A stretch of 48,884 nucleotides of DNA, taken from the IMG/VR virus record IMGVR_UViG_2061766007_001136; one strand, 5' to 3'. Source of the stretch: an uncultured virus (IMG/VR IMGVR_UViG_2061766007_001136) (taxonomy: Duplodnaviria > Heunggongvirae > Uroviricota > Caudoviricetes). Of this stretch, positions 28,766 through 41,400 are shown piece by piece (within the stretch, counting starts at the first letter, position 1; every line of letters starts with the position of its first letter). A program made the translations under genes and the position numbers. Under the pieces are notes generated by a model, which did not search any database, had not been told where the DNA came from, and saw only the letters and a program-made list of their open reading frames with translations.

Positions 28766-31700
28766 ATGGGTGGTGGATGGAGTCCATTTGAAATAATTGG
28801 AAGCATATTTGCAGGTGTAATAGGTGTTCTTAGCGGNNNNNNNNNNNNNNNNNNNCATAGGTGGTATGCTCGCTATTAGCACCGTTGAAGGCATAGCTAC
28901 TGGACGCATGTTCAAAAGCTTTGGAGCGTTTCTATTTGAACCACTACGACTAGTATGCTCACTTCTAGGCATTACAGACCAGAATGTTACTCAGGGCTTC
29001 ATGACTGCTTCCAAGGTATTTCATGAAAATCAGTATCCAGATACCTTAGTAGCTGCATGCATAGCTAGAAACAAAGACGGTACAGACCTTCCCAAGTACT
29101 ACTACGACTTCTGCAAGGTAGGCACTGCACAGTTCGATAAATNNNNNNNNNNNNNNNNNNNNNNNNNNNNNNNNNNNNNNNNNNNNNNNNNNNNNNNNNN
29201 NNNNNNNNNNNNNNNNNNNNNNNNNNNNNNNNNNNNNNNNNNNNNNNNNNNNNNNNNNNNNNNNNNNNNNNNNNNNNNNNNNNNNNNNNNNNNNNNNNNN
29301 NNNNNNNNNNNNNNNNNNNNNNNNNNNNNNNNNNNNNNNNNNNNNNNNNNNNNNNNNNNNNNNNNNNNNNNNNNNNNNNNNNNNNNNNNNNNNNNNNNNN
29401 NNNNNNNNNNNNNNNNNNNNNNNNNNNNNNNNNNNNNNNNNNNNNNNNNNNNNNNNNNNNNNNNNNNNNNNNNNNNNNNNNNNNNNNNNNNNNNNNNNNN
29501 NNNNNNNNNNNNNNNNNNNNNNNNNNNNNNNNNNNNNNNNNNNNNNNNNNNNNNNNNNNNNNNNNNNNNNNNNNNNNNNNNNNNNNNNNNNNNNNNNNNN
29601 NNNNNNNNNNNNNNNNNNNNNNNNNNNNNNNNNNNNNNNNNNNNNNNNNNNNNNNNNNNNNNNNNNNNNNNNNNNNNNNNNNNNNNNNNNNNNNNNNNNN
29701 NNNNNNNNNNNNTTTGACCTGTCCTGATCTGTACAGTGTATGTCAGGATCAGATTGATAGGAACAANNNNNNNNNNTCTCTGCCATGCTTCCTGTAAAGC
29801 CAATAGCGGAAACTGAAAGGGACGGAAGCCCTTGCATCTTCCGTCCCTAGGGGNNNNNNNNNNGAACCGTGTGGGCTTCACTAGGCTGACTCTTGAAGCT
29901 AGCATCAGCAACTTNNNNNNNNNNTACACCGTACTACGTTGTCTGACTTAGGTGTAGACTTCACAGATGATGACTTAGGCAAGATGGTTAAAGGAAATAT
30001 TAACTGTCTACCTGTAGCTTGTCTTAGAAATAACAAAGTAGATTTAAAGGATGCAGCTAATAACGGTAATGTTTCTGCATCCTTTAGGCATCCTAAGAGA
30101 TATAAGCAAACAAAGAAGCTGTTGAAAGGCATAGGATTAGACATAGAAGAGTTAACTAAAGGGTATCATGAAAATGGAAGCGTCAATGATGTCTATGACG
30201 TGTACTTAATGGCAGGTACCAGTCCTNNNNNNNNNNGATCCTGAAGGTAATCCTTTTTCAGTAGAAGTTACTGCTAAGTATGTATATAAGACTATAGAAG
30301 GTATTTATGAGAATCTTCCGTGTGCAGTAGCTGGTCAACCATATTTCTTTACCTTTAAAGAACCTCCATTAAAAGGTCAGATAGTATGGGCAGGAGTACC
30401 TACAGATGAAATAACTGGTAAGAAGTGTAAGTNNNNNNNNNNNNNNNNNNNNNNNNNNNNNNNNNNTGTATTAACTTATAGGGTTATTCTTCAGGTATTA
30501 ACAGAATATCTAGGTTACGAAGATAGATATAATCAGGGATATGATAGCGATGGTATTGGCTATATAAGTTCTACATCTTCTAGATATTTTAGATATAAAG
30601 CTGAATATGTATCTGTGGATGTTGACTCACTGCCTGTCACTCCTGCTAAAATCTATGAAGCCCTAGACAATAGAACCCCGTTCTTTCCTGATAGAACGTC
30701 TTCTAATGAAGTATGGGCTAATCAAGACAGTATAGGTGATTCATGGAGTGATCAGGGTGTTACTACAGGTCAAGCACCAGAAGCACAGCCTGAATTTCCC
30801 GATATAGCTGAAATACCTTTAGAATGGCCTTACAATAATGTTAATACACCCCCATACACTGGAAATCCTCCGTGGTATCGTATTCTTAGAGCTAAGCGTA
30901 CTGTCAGCTATAGTCATGATTCTGATTCTTATAGCAGTTCTGTAACCTATCTTTATGAAGACTTAGCCTCTAAACCTTATTACACTGATTTAGAACCTAA
31001 TAATCCAGATTATAATTACCAACCTGGATATACTTTTGGTGAACAATCTACTCCTGAATATTATACACCTTACGAAGAACCCGCTTCTTTAATTCTCTAT
31101 TNNNNNNNNNNNNNNNNNNNNNNNNNNNNGTTTATTCTACTGATACAGTAGATCAAGGATTACTAGATACTGCTAGAGTAACAGACAGTAAATTTGTATT
31201 TCCTATAGTCTATGCAGGATTAAAAGCATTAACAGTATACGATAAAACAAAGCTTCTTAGTGAAGGATTTTACATGCTTTTCTTTGCTAAGAAGACTCAG
31301 CATTTAGAGTTCTATGAGACTGCAGCATTTGGTACTTTTCTACAAATAGTAGGTGTAGTTATTACCATAGTAGTATCTATCTTTACTATGGGTTCTCAGA
31401 CTATGACTGTACAGATGGCTATACAGGCATTGATTAAAATGGCTGTAGTCTATGTAGGTGTTACCCTAGCTTTAAAGATTATTTCAGCAGTAGTTCCTGA
31501 TTCTACCATGAAGGCAATACTGTCTGCTGTAGTTTNNNNNNNNNNNNNNNNNNNNNNNNNNNNNNNNNNNNNNNNNNNNNNNNNAGTACAGCTAGCTGAA
31601 ATACCCTCTAAAGTAATAGATATATACACTAAAGATCAGATGAGACTTGCACAGCAGGATATGGCTGACCTTCAGTCTAGGTACAAATCTGCTAAGGAAC

Positions 31701-31921
31701 AGATAGATAAGGCTACAGGACAGACTACTTTAGGCATTAATACTTTCGATGTGCTTTCTGCACAGTCAATAACTAGGGAATGGGGAGGTAGATTGATGTC
31801 GGTAGACGAATACTATACGTTGGCACTAACCTGTCCTGATCTGTACAGTGTATGTCAGGATCAGATTGATAGGAACAAAACAGTTGATTTAGATGTTCTT
31901 TATCCACTCTATGATATGTAA
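28766..31921 (+). CDS. N4 gp53-like large tail/structural protein (gapped; contains misplaced fragments at 29713-29914)
   Basis: Start MGGGWSPF; P.ACLRNN, Y...KKLLK..G.D..EL, C-terminal FYET..F plus TM cluster; synteny. Confidence 0.65.
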
Positions 31922-31924
31922 GAG

Positions 31925-32377
31925 GTGAATAATATGCCAGGTTTAGAAGGTTTTCAATTTGATACAGCAGATAAGTTTACACCAACTTATTTTACTCCTG
32001 AGTTTTATAACTCTAATCAAGACCTTTTTAATAAATGGGGTTATGACGCTAATGGAGGTAGTAGCTGGTTTGGTAAGAATGGATACCTTCCTACTGCCTT
32101 TATGGGTCTTCAGGCTTTAGGTGGAGTGCTTAATGGCATTACAGGTCTTCAACAGTTAGGTCTTGCTAACAAGCAGTACAACTTTGCTAAGAATGCCTTT
32201 AATGCACAGTTAGGAAACTCCATTGAAAACTACGGAAATGCTGCTGCTAATGCCCGAAGGGTTGCCTATGCACTGCAAGGCGGCTATGCACGCAATGCGT
32301 TTGGAGGAAAGTCTCAGAAGGAAGCAGGAGACGACTACCGTGCAGAAGTAACTAGAAACATGACTAGGAGCGTGTAG
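31925..32377 (+). CDS. N4 gp52-like ejection/structural protein
   Basis: LGG.LN...GLQQLGLA.KQ.NF.K.AFN. Confidence 0.7.
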   Translation: MNNMPGLEGFQFDTADKFTPTYFTPEFYNSNQDLFNKWGYDANGGSSWFGKNGYLPTAFMGLQALGGVLNGITGLQQLGLANKQYNFAKNAFNAQLGNSIENYGNAAANARRVAYALQGGYARNAFGGKSQKEAGDDYRAEVTRNMTRSV

Positions 32378-32380
32378 CTT

Positions 32381-33103
32381 ATGGCTATGATGAACTTCAG
32401 CGATGCACTGCTGACCAATGCAAGAGCTAGAGCTAGATCTGCTACCGGGTACAGTCAGGACTACCGAATGGGAAAGACTACCTACGACTGTTCCTCTTTC
32501 GTAGGCAGAAATCTTAAAGACTTAGGCTTCAATATTAATCCTGCTATTACTACTGCTAACTTAACGCCTAACAGCCAGATGATGAGAAACCTAGGCTTTC
32601 AATGGGTTCCTAAAGGTCAGGGCTATCAGGCAGGAGACATTCTCTGGAAGAATGGACATACCGAGATCTACTCTGGTGGAAGGAACACCATAGGTGCTCA
32701 CAGCACCAAGAATGGCGTCTCTGAGTACGACAAGCAGAACCTCAACAGCTTTGCAGGAGGTTGGCGATATGTCGGAGACCGATTTCTGGGAGGAGCGGGA
32801 ACTCAGGGAGCGGATAGAGTCAATGCTCAGGGAACTCCGGTAGCCCAAGGGCAGGCAGTTCCTCAGGGAACTCCTCAGGGAATGGCTGATCCTGCCCTTC
32901 AGCAGGCTGTCATGCAGTCTCAGGGCATTCAGCCTACGGTAGTCCTCCAGATGCCCAGAGAGGAGCCTAGAGGCTTCTCAGGGTGGTCTTCCATGCCCAT
33001 GCAGGACTACTCTGGTCTGGTGAATCAGGGGAATGCCCAGGCAATGCAGATGGCCATGAACGCAGGACAGGGACTTCAGTTCGGGAGAAGGGGAGTCCTC
33101 TAG
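32381..33103 (+). CDS. NlpC/P60 peptidoglycan hydrolase with Gln/Pro-rich tail (virion-associated)
   Basis: YSQ..R...YDCSSFV, GDIL, GHTE, GAH (Cys-His-His). Confidence 0.85.
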   Translation: MAMMNFSDALLTNARARARSATGYSQDYRMGKTTYDCSSFVGRNLKDLGFNINPAITTANLTPNSQMMRNLGFQWVPKGQGYQAGDILWKNGHTEIYSGGRNTIGAHSTKNGVSEYDKQNLNSFAGGWRYVGDRFLGGAGTQGADRVNAQGTPVAQGQAVPQGTPQGMADPALQQAVMQSQGIQPTVVLQMPREEPRGFSGWSSMPMQDYSGLVNQGNAQAMQMAMNAGQGLQFGRRGVL

Positions 33104-33222
33104 CATGCCCGTAGAGGCCACTAGAATGCCCTGTAATCGATTGGAAGGGGGTACCCTGTATGATTTGTCATCCTGACCCAAAACAGAGCCTCAGATCGGC
33201 TCTGAGACGTTTTTCGAGGAAA
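33095..33222. repeat. dispersed periodic element 6 (strong-gyrase-site-like), intergenic
   Basis: CTAG 33100, GTAG 33111, CTAG 33121, CTGT 33131; core GTATGATTTGTCATCC; TCAG 33191, CTGA 33202, TCGA 33214. Confidence 0.65.
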
Positions 33223-33228
33223 TAAGCT

Positions 33229-33504
33229 ATGCCTCAGACACAGCCTATGGGTTTTCAGTCCTACAACCCATTCTCTACTCCTGTAAGGAGATATACTCCT
33301 CAAAATTATAATCCTNNNNNNNNNNNNNNNNNNNNNNNNNNTGATAAGGTTGGGTTATATGGGTATTTTAATACACCTACTCAAACCAGATCTGATAGTC
33401 CTTTTCTTAATTTTCTAACTAATACTGCTAGAGTTATCAGTCCTTATCTTCCTCAAAGACAGGAAATTCCACAATCTCTAGTGCATGTAGGTATTAGAGG
33501 TTAA
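33229..33504 (+). CDS. low-complexity hypothetical protein
   Basis: 91-aa ORF across a gap, GAGG RBS. Confidence 0.5.
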   Translation: MPQTQPMGFQSYNPFSTPVRRYTPQNYNPXXXXXXXXXDKVGLYGYFNTPTQTRSDSPFLNFLTNTARVISPYLPQRQEIPQSLVHVGIRG

Positions 33505-33529
33505 TCTTTTTATAAAGAGGTGAATAATT

Positions 33530-34321
33530 ATGCCTTTCATGTATCCTGAACAGCTTAGAGAGCTTCGTGCGCAGTATCCTAATACTCAGTTTGATGGACG
33601 TGGACGTGTTATTGGAGGTACTCCGTTAGATCAGTATAATACACAGCAGGCTAATCCTGCAGCTATTCCTGCTTCTGTCAGAACTTACTCTCAGTTTGAC
33701 CCTGCTACAGGGACTTGGATTAGACATACTAATGGTAACGCTGTTCCTGCACAGTCTCCTGCTTCTGCACAAGCAGCTAGTCAAGGTCAAGGAGTGCCTG
33801 TTAATTTTAATGAATGGCTTGGCTATACTCCTGCAGGATTTGAAAGTGCTGCTTGGGAGATGGGTGGAGGTAACGCACAGCCTAGTCAGGTTATGAGACC
33901 TCTACCTAGACAAACAGTTAAGCAAAATGCTCAGCCTAGTGACATAGGTCTTGGTGTTACTGTTACTCATGTAAATAACAGTAACCCATACGCTAAACAT
34001 GCTAATGAAAATCCAGTAATGCCTTTAACACAACCTAGAGGTGCTGCTAGAACACTAGGACAGTATTTAAAAAGAAACTTTATACCAGCTACAACTGGTA
34101 CTGTTTTAGCACAACAGCCACAACAGGAAAGTAATGCAGTTTCTTTAAGAGAAGATATGTTATCACCAGTAACTCGAATGCGTTTAGAAAATGCTAACAT
34201 TTCTAATAATCTTGGTAGAGCATTAGCTTCTGCTGGGCGAGGTTTTCTTGGACTTTTTGGATGGGGTAAACCTACAAATTATGATCCTACTTTATCTAAC
34301 CATTCTGATCCTAGGTGGTAA
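33530..34321 (+). CDS. Gln/Pro/Ala-rich hypothetical protein (probable ejection protein)
   Basis: 263 aa, GAGGTG RBS, position between gp52-like gene and vRNAP. Confidence 0.65.
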   Translation: MPFMYPEQLRELRAQYPNTQFDGRGRVIGGTPLDQYNTQQANPAAIPASVRTYSQFDPATGTWIRHTNGNAVPAQSPASAQAASQGQGVPVNFNEWLGYTPAGFESAAWEMGGGNAQPSQVMRPLPRQTVKQNAQPSDIGLGVTVTHVNNSNPYAKHANENPVMPLTQPRGAARTLGQYLKRNFIPATTGTVLAQQPQQESNAVSLREDMLSPVTRMRLENANISNNLGRALASAGRGFLGLFGWGKPTNYDPTLSNHSDPRW

Positions 34322-34323
34322 TT

Positions 34324-35452
34324 ATGGCTAGTACAATATATCAATTACCAACTATTAGTGCTGACACTAATGCTGGTACTGGGGCTATATCTGGTGCTAG
34401 CGAAAGTTTTAGTAGAGCTGGTACTGTCTTTGGAGAATTAAGAAAATCTATTTTAGATGAAGAACAACGTAAAATAGAAAATGATTTTAAACAAAGACAA
34501 TTTGAAGAAAATATTAGACAATTTGGNNNNNNNNNNNNNNNNNNNNNNNCAATTAACTGAGACTAATAGACATAATTTAGCTGCTGAAGCTCTTGATAAA
34601 GCTAGAAATGATATTACAGCTCAACACTATCGTTGGGCTCATGAAGATGCTCAAGCTGCTACTAGAGCACATAGAGCAAGCAATGCTTTACTCCAAGAAG
34701 AAAGAGCAGATAAACTTATGAGATCTAGAGCTGGTATGTTGTTTGCTCAGTATACTCAAGCTAACCCTGATCAGAAACTAGCTATAGCTAAAAGTGTTGC
34801 AGCTACTGGAGATAAAAGCCCTATAACTAATTATCTTCTTACTGCAATGAATGATGATTATAAGAATCCTCCTGGGTCTGAAGAAGATAAACAGATGAGA
34901 ATATTGCAGTTTAGAGCTAGTTTAGGTGATGAAAAAGCTGCTGATTCTTTCATGAAATATCAAGATAAATTGACTGAAAGAGCTATAACAGCAAATAAAA
35001 ACTTTAATGATTTTGTTGCTAAAAACCAAGAAGCTGCATTAAAGAATGCAGATAGAGTTAGTCGTTATCAAAGAACTAATATTCGTTCTGAAGAACCTCT
35101 TTACCGTAAAGCTTTATTAAACATCTTATCTCCTGAAGAACGTGCTAAGGTTAAAAATCTTTATGTTGGTTTAGATAATGCTATACAAGCTTCATATGAT
35201 AACGAAGGTTCTACGTCTCGTTGGTTTGAAAGACCTTTTGGTGGTCCTGGTGATGCGCTAAATTTTAACGGTAGTACTGATTGGGGAACTACCGATAGTG
35301 GTAAAATTGCAAGTATGGAAGATGATGAAATTAGTGCTTTTGGTGGTCATGTTGCTGATAATATCTTTTTAAATAATTCTCGTTTATCTCCTACAAAGAA
35401 ACAACAATATATTGCTGAACTTATTCGTATGCGTAACGAATTAAATCAATAA
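34324..35452 (+). CDS. helical ejection protein, N4 gp51 position (one gene across gap)
   Basis: MASTIYQLP...; helical charged sequence; directly upstream of vRNAP. Confidence 0.65.
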
Positions 35453-35461
35453 GGAGACAGT

Positions 35462-38400
35462 ATGGCTGGGTTAACAGACTACTCTTTTGAGGATTCTAAT
35501 AAAGAAGCACTTTCTAGTGTTATAAAAGACTATTCTGGGTTAGATTCTCTAACCTCAGCTAGTGATAGGTCATGGGCATCTATCCAAAGTCAAATTGGGT
35601 ATATGTCTCCTGCTACTAGACGTTTTCTTGACACAACTAGAACTTTTGATCAAAAGCTAGCTAATGTTCAGGAAAAGCGTTTAGATAAAATGCTTGATAT
35701 TAATGACTATTCAACACTCAGACCTGTAGGTTTTGCTGACCCAGATACTTTCCTTATAAATGTTAACGGAGATATTAAAAGCCTTCGTATACATTCTGGC
35801 TCTCACTTAATGTATGATGCCGTAGATAAGCCTGATTTAGTATTTGGTCGTGAAAAAGAATATAAGAAATCTGAAGTTAGTAGAGCTAAACAAATAGCCC
35901 AAGTAGCTGAAATGTNNNNNNNNNNNNNNNNNNNNNNTACTGATGACGATGTTACACAGGTAAAAAATTGGCAATCTAACGATTTTCTAAGAAGACTTAT
36001 AGATCCTGATTTTAAGTTTCAAAAATTCGATCCTACTCAGCGATACGAAGATGCTACTGGTGAACTTCAAAATATTGAACTTAAAGGTAAAATATTAGGT
36101 ACTGATCAACATGGTCGTACATTAGTTGATATTGTCAATCCTAAAACTGGCAGAAGTCTTGGCTTTGACTTANNNNNNNNNNNNNNNNTAGATTTAATGA
36201 ACAAGCTACTCTTGATACAGAAAGAAATCAGCAAGTGTTACAAAATTATGAGGTACTTAATAAAAGTGCTTTAGATCTTTCTTTGGAAGCTACTAAGAAT
36301 CTTACTACTAATAGTAGAGGTGGAGATTTCTTAGATCTTGCCCAAAGTACTGCCTATCAGTCTGCTGCTAGAGTTCTTCAGTATTTACCTAACGCTTTAG
36401 GTGGTAAGTATTGGGAGAAAGTAGCTAATTCGGAGACAGGACAGAAATGGGCTGATTTAGCTACTGGTGTTAATCAGAAAACTAGAGAAGAGTTTTCTCA
36501 AGCTGGTCAAGATATTGTCGATTATGTTCAAAAAGGTGAATATGGTAAAGCTGTTTGGACTACAATTAAAAATCTTGACCGCTTTTTAGCTGAATCGCTT
36601 CCTCAAATGGCAATGCTTATTGGAGGTCATGCAGGAGCTGCAGCACTTGTAGGTAAACTTGCTTTAGCAGGTAATGCTAGCATGTTTACTAAACTTGGAC
36701 TTGGAGCTATTCCTGTTGCTTTAGATNNNNNNNNNNNNNNNNNNNNNNNNNNNNNNNNNNNNNNNNNNNNNNNNNNNNNNGGAGCGTTAATTACTACAGT
36801 TCCTGATGAATTACTTTTAGGCATGTTTGGTGGTACTGCTAAAAATATCTTTTCTAAACTTCTTAAACGTGGTGTAGAAGCAGGTACAACAGCAGCTTTT
36901 AAAACTGGAAAGCAAACTGTTGCTGATATTACTAAGAATTTTATTGCTGGTGCAGCTACTGAAGCTGGGCAGGAAATGCTTGAAACAGGTTGGGATACTG
37001 CCTCTTCTGCTAAGCAAGAAGGAAGAAACTTCTGGTCGGATATTCTTCCTGAAGCAATGACTAGCAATGAAAACATAGCTGCAGGCATCATCGGTGGCAC
37101 TATGGGTGGTGCATTAGGTGGTGCTTTAGGCAGTGCTTCTACAGTTGCAAACATTCCTGTGAATTTACGAAATAAGCAAATTGTCGAAGAACGCATTAAT
37201 AGAGCTACTACTTATTCAGCTACTGGCGAAAAAGCTGATCAAACTGTGTCTGCTTCTGCAGAAGAAAAAGCTGATCAGATTCGATCTACTATTACAAGCA
37301 AGTCATCTGCTGACGATAAGCTTGTAGCTTCTGCTCAACTTCAACATTTAGTAGATAAAGAAAAAAGTAAGTTAAGTATTAAAACTAGGAATGACTTATT
37401 AGTTCAAAAAGCTGCTTGGGATAAAGAAGCTATCACTTCTTATCTCCAAGAAGGTTTATCTAAAGAAGAGATAGAAAAGAAAATAGGGACTAACATTGAG
37501 AAAGCTATGACATCACAGCTATGGTTTTCTCATGTTAACCCTATGAACTCTCGTCTTAAAGGTAGAATAAGTACTGCTGATTCAGTAGATAAAGCTAAGG
37601 AAGAAGCTAGAGCTTTAGGTAAAAAGCTTGGTTTAAGTGAAGATTTTACTGAACAATTAATAGATGAAATTTCTACAGGTATTAGGTCTACTGAAGAAAC
37701 ACATTTAGATACTATTTCTGATTTAGAAGATACTATTAATACTCTTAAGACTAAAAAACTTTCTCCTGATGAAAAGAAAAGTCTTAGCACAAANNNNNNN
37801 NNNNNNNNNNNNNNNNNNNNNTAGCTACTCACTTCTTAGTTAAAGCAGAGATAGTGCAAGCTATTAATGATGCTATGCCTGATCTTGCTAGACCAGGAAA
37901 TGTTACTGAAACTACTGCTTCTGCTAGAGGTGGTAAACTTAGGTACAAAATATTAGCAGATGATATTGCTAGTAATACTCTTGAAAAAGGTACAGGAACA
38001 TACCGCATTGTCCGTAACCTTCTTAATGATATGAGAGACATAGCTGACGCTATGTCTAATTATAAATCTCAAAGTAATATAGCAGGAGCTATAGCAAATG
38101 CTATAGATAGTAATGGTAATATTAATACTGATGCTATAGACGGTCTTGAAAGTCAGTTTAAGAACTTAACTAATAATGTTCGTACTAAAGTTATGAACGA
38201 ACAAGCTAAGTTCCAAGAAGAAATGTCTAAAAATAGGCCTAGATTTGTCAATACACTTGCAGGACAGCTAGAATGGCTATCTAAGAACCCTACTGCCACA
38301 TCTAACAAAAACTATGGCATGTTTACGCAGAATCTTAATGCTGCTATCAATACTGATCCTACCATAGTTAATGATCTTAAAGTTGCTATAGACTCTCGTA

Positions 38401-41400
38401 CTAAGTTTAGTGAACAGGGTAAAAAGAATATGCAAGCAGCTTTAGATAGGGTTATTGATTTTAATAATACTATTAAAGCTGATAGAGAAACTTCTCTTAA
38501 AGAAAGAGAACGTGGTCTTACTAATTTAGATAAACTGCTTAAAGAAAATACTTTAGAGAAGATTCGTGAAAACACTATTGATGAAGCTAAAGACAGTACT
38601 GAAACTAAGCAAAAGAAACTTAATACGTTAACAAATCTCTTAGCTGCATTTACTGCTGTACAGAGACATTTCCATACTATTTCTGATACTAGTCCTGAAG
38701 ATATAAAACGTAGTAAAGAATTAGCTGAACGTAGAAATGAAATACTTGCTCTTAGAGGTAATGCNNNNNNNNNNNNNNNNNNNTAAACAGCAGGAAGCTT
38801 TAAGCACTACTCGTAAGATTAAATCAGAAGATTTAACTCAAGATACCAATGCCTATATAGATAAATTATCTAGAATAAAAAGTAATAAGCAACTTGATAA
38901 AAATTTAGCAGATATNNNNNNNNNNNNNNNNNNNNNNNNNNNNNNTTAGCTAACAAAGATGCTAAAGCCGCAAACAATGCCATAGCTAAATGGCAGGCTA
39001 CTGTCAGCCGCATGGAAGAGCTTGGCTTCAAGCTTCCTAGAGTTGTTTCTGAAATGAAGGAGAAGCTTGCCAAGCAGAAGGCTGAAGAGCAGGCAAAGGC
39101 ATCCGAAAACNNNNNNNNNNNNNNNGAGCCCGTCTAAGGCATCTGAAGCCTCTGGACAGGAAAACATACAAGGAAAGCCTGCAAGTGCCTCAGAGACCCC
39201 TTCAAACGCGCAGAATGGGCATATGGAGGGAAAGGTTCAGGAGCAGTCCCAGACAGAGGCTGAAGACAAGGCTCTCAGAGACTTCACGGAAAAGTACCGC
39301 GAAGGTCTGAGAAAGGCAGGCATGACCGACGAACAGGCAGAAGCCNNNNNNNNNNNNNNNNNNNNNNNNNNNNNNNNTTTGGGCTGACTCCTAAGGAATA
39401 CCTTGAAAAATCTCTTGAAGGTTACGAAAAAATTAAGTTAGATGATTTTAATAATCTTAGTGATGAAGCGTATAATGAGTTATTTACTACTTCTTTATAT
39501 CAACAAGATGAAAATAATAATGTTAAAGGTGCTTTTAGTGTTGGTACACGTTCAGGTAAATATAAGGGTAAAGGAATTGTACAAATTTTTGAAGATGGTG
39601 ATGTTAGTACAGCGTTACACGAAACTAGTCATTACTTCTTAGAAAGTGTTAGAGCTGCACTAAGAAANNNNNNNNNNNNNNNNNNNNNNNNNNNNNNNTT
39701 GGAGTAAATTAGAAAAGATTTATGGATTTTCTGGTTTATTAGAAAAAGAAGAAGAATGGGATGAATACGATAGAGTTCATGAAAGATTTGCTAGAGACTT
39801 TGAAGCTTACATGCGTGAAGGTAAAGCTCCTAAGAAGGAACTTCAAACTATCTTCGACAAGTGTAAGCAATGGCTTACTGAAATCTATAAATCTATAAAA
39901 AGTCTTTTAGGTAATGATAAATTATCTCCTGAAATAAAAGAAGTTTTTGATGCTCTTCTTACGAATGAAAGTATAGGTAAGCCTTCTACCCAAGCTACTT
40001 CTACGAATACTGCTACTCAACCTTCTGCTACACCTGTTACTCGTACTAGTGACGGTGATGTTTATTTAAGTGATCAGGTTATAGCTAATACACGAAAAGC
40101 TAATTTAACCAGATTAAATTCTCTTAAAGAAANNNNNNNNNNNNNNNNNNNNNNNNNNNNNNNNNNNNNNNNNNNNNNNNNNNNNNNNNNNNNNNNNNNN
40201 NNNTAGAAAAAGTGGTGAATATAGTGATGAAAGAATTTCTGAGTTAAAAGAGCAAGCTAAAGCACCTAGTACACCTACAGAAGCTAACGATGCTGTAGCT
40301 GCTAGAGCTAAGAATACTTTTCAAAGTAAGCAAGCTGAACGCTTAGGGGTTAAGCAAGAAGAAAGAACTAGTAGTGCTGATAACGAGGAAGCATTAGCTA
40401 ATTCTGATGAGAATCCTAATCAGAAGAAAGAAGAAGTTCCTGCATCTTCTCAGACAAAGCTTCTGCTTGATTCTGAACGTCTTATATTCAAGATTCAAGA
40501 AAGATATAAAAAAGGTGAAGTTAGGTCTGACGAAAGCGATTATCTTGATCCTACAGATCAGGTAAGAGCAGGCATGCCTGACTGTATGGTCACGCTAGAT
40601 CCTTCTCTTTACTTTAATACGCATATTCTAGGAGCTACTACACGTCATCAGGATTTCTTAAGAATGCTTGATGAGATGCAGTTCTCTCCTCATGCTATCC
40701 ATACGACTACGACTGGAGAAAATATTCCTGATCCTATGGCGTACATAACGACTAGGCAGAAGGAAGAAGGTCTTAGCCAGTCTTCTATGATAGGCAATGC
40801 TCCTCATTGGCTATTTCTCTATGATGTTGATCCTGATCATCCGTTACAGCCTAAAAATCGTAAAGAGAATAAAGGTAAGAATATAGCTACTAATTTAGCT
40901 TATTGGAAACCTAATAGGCTTACCTTTATGATAGTTGACTACTCTTTAAGAGAGTTCTTTGGAACCACTAGCTATGAACAATATTTTGCTTATGGAAAGC
41001 TTCCTCATAAAGATGAAATAGCAAGCATGTTTGGTCTTAGTGCTGATAAATTATCTTTTGAAGAACTTGAACAGTTGCAAGGATTAATTAAACAGCATGG
41101 TATTCCTAGGTCTATGCTTGCTGAGATGATTGGTAGACTTATAGTTAAGAATCTCGGTCTTAAAGAAAAATTTGAGANNNNNNNNNNNNNNNNNNNNNNN
41201 NNNNNNTTGGTTCATTTGCTTTAGACTGGGGTGCTAAACAAGGGTTATACAATTTTACTACGTTTGATGTTGATGCTTGGTATCTTGATAACTTATCTGC
41301 TATTATGAGCGGTGAATCACTTGTTGATGTTAAACGTAGTGAAGCTAATAANNNNNNNNNNNNNNNNNNNNNNNNNNNNNNNNNNNNNNNNNAACAGCAA

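Noticed and set aside
28634..29914. Short ~50-nt repeats (28634-28684, 29713-29766, 29864-29914) resembling CRISPR spacers or DGR template repeats
   Set aside because: Each is a gap-bounded near-exact copy of another locus (~28393, ~31829, ~25447) that differs only at its first bases, typical of assembly bubble tips. There are no direct repeats, A-specific mismatches or reverse transcriptase.
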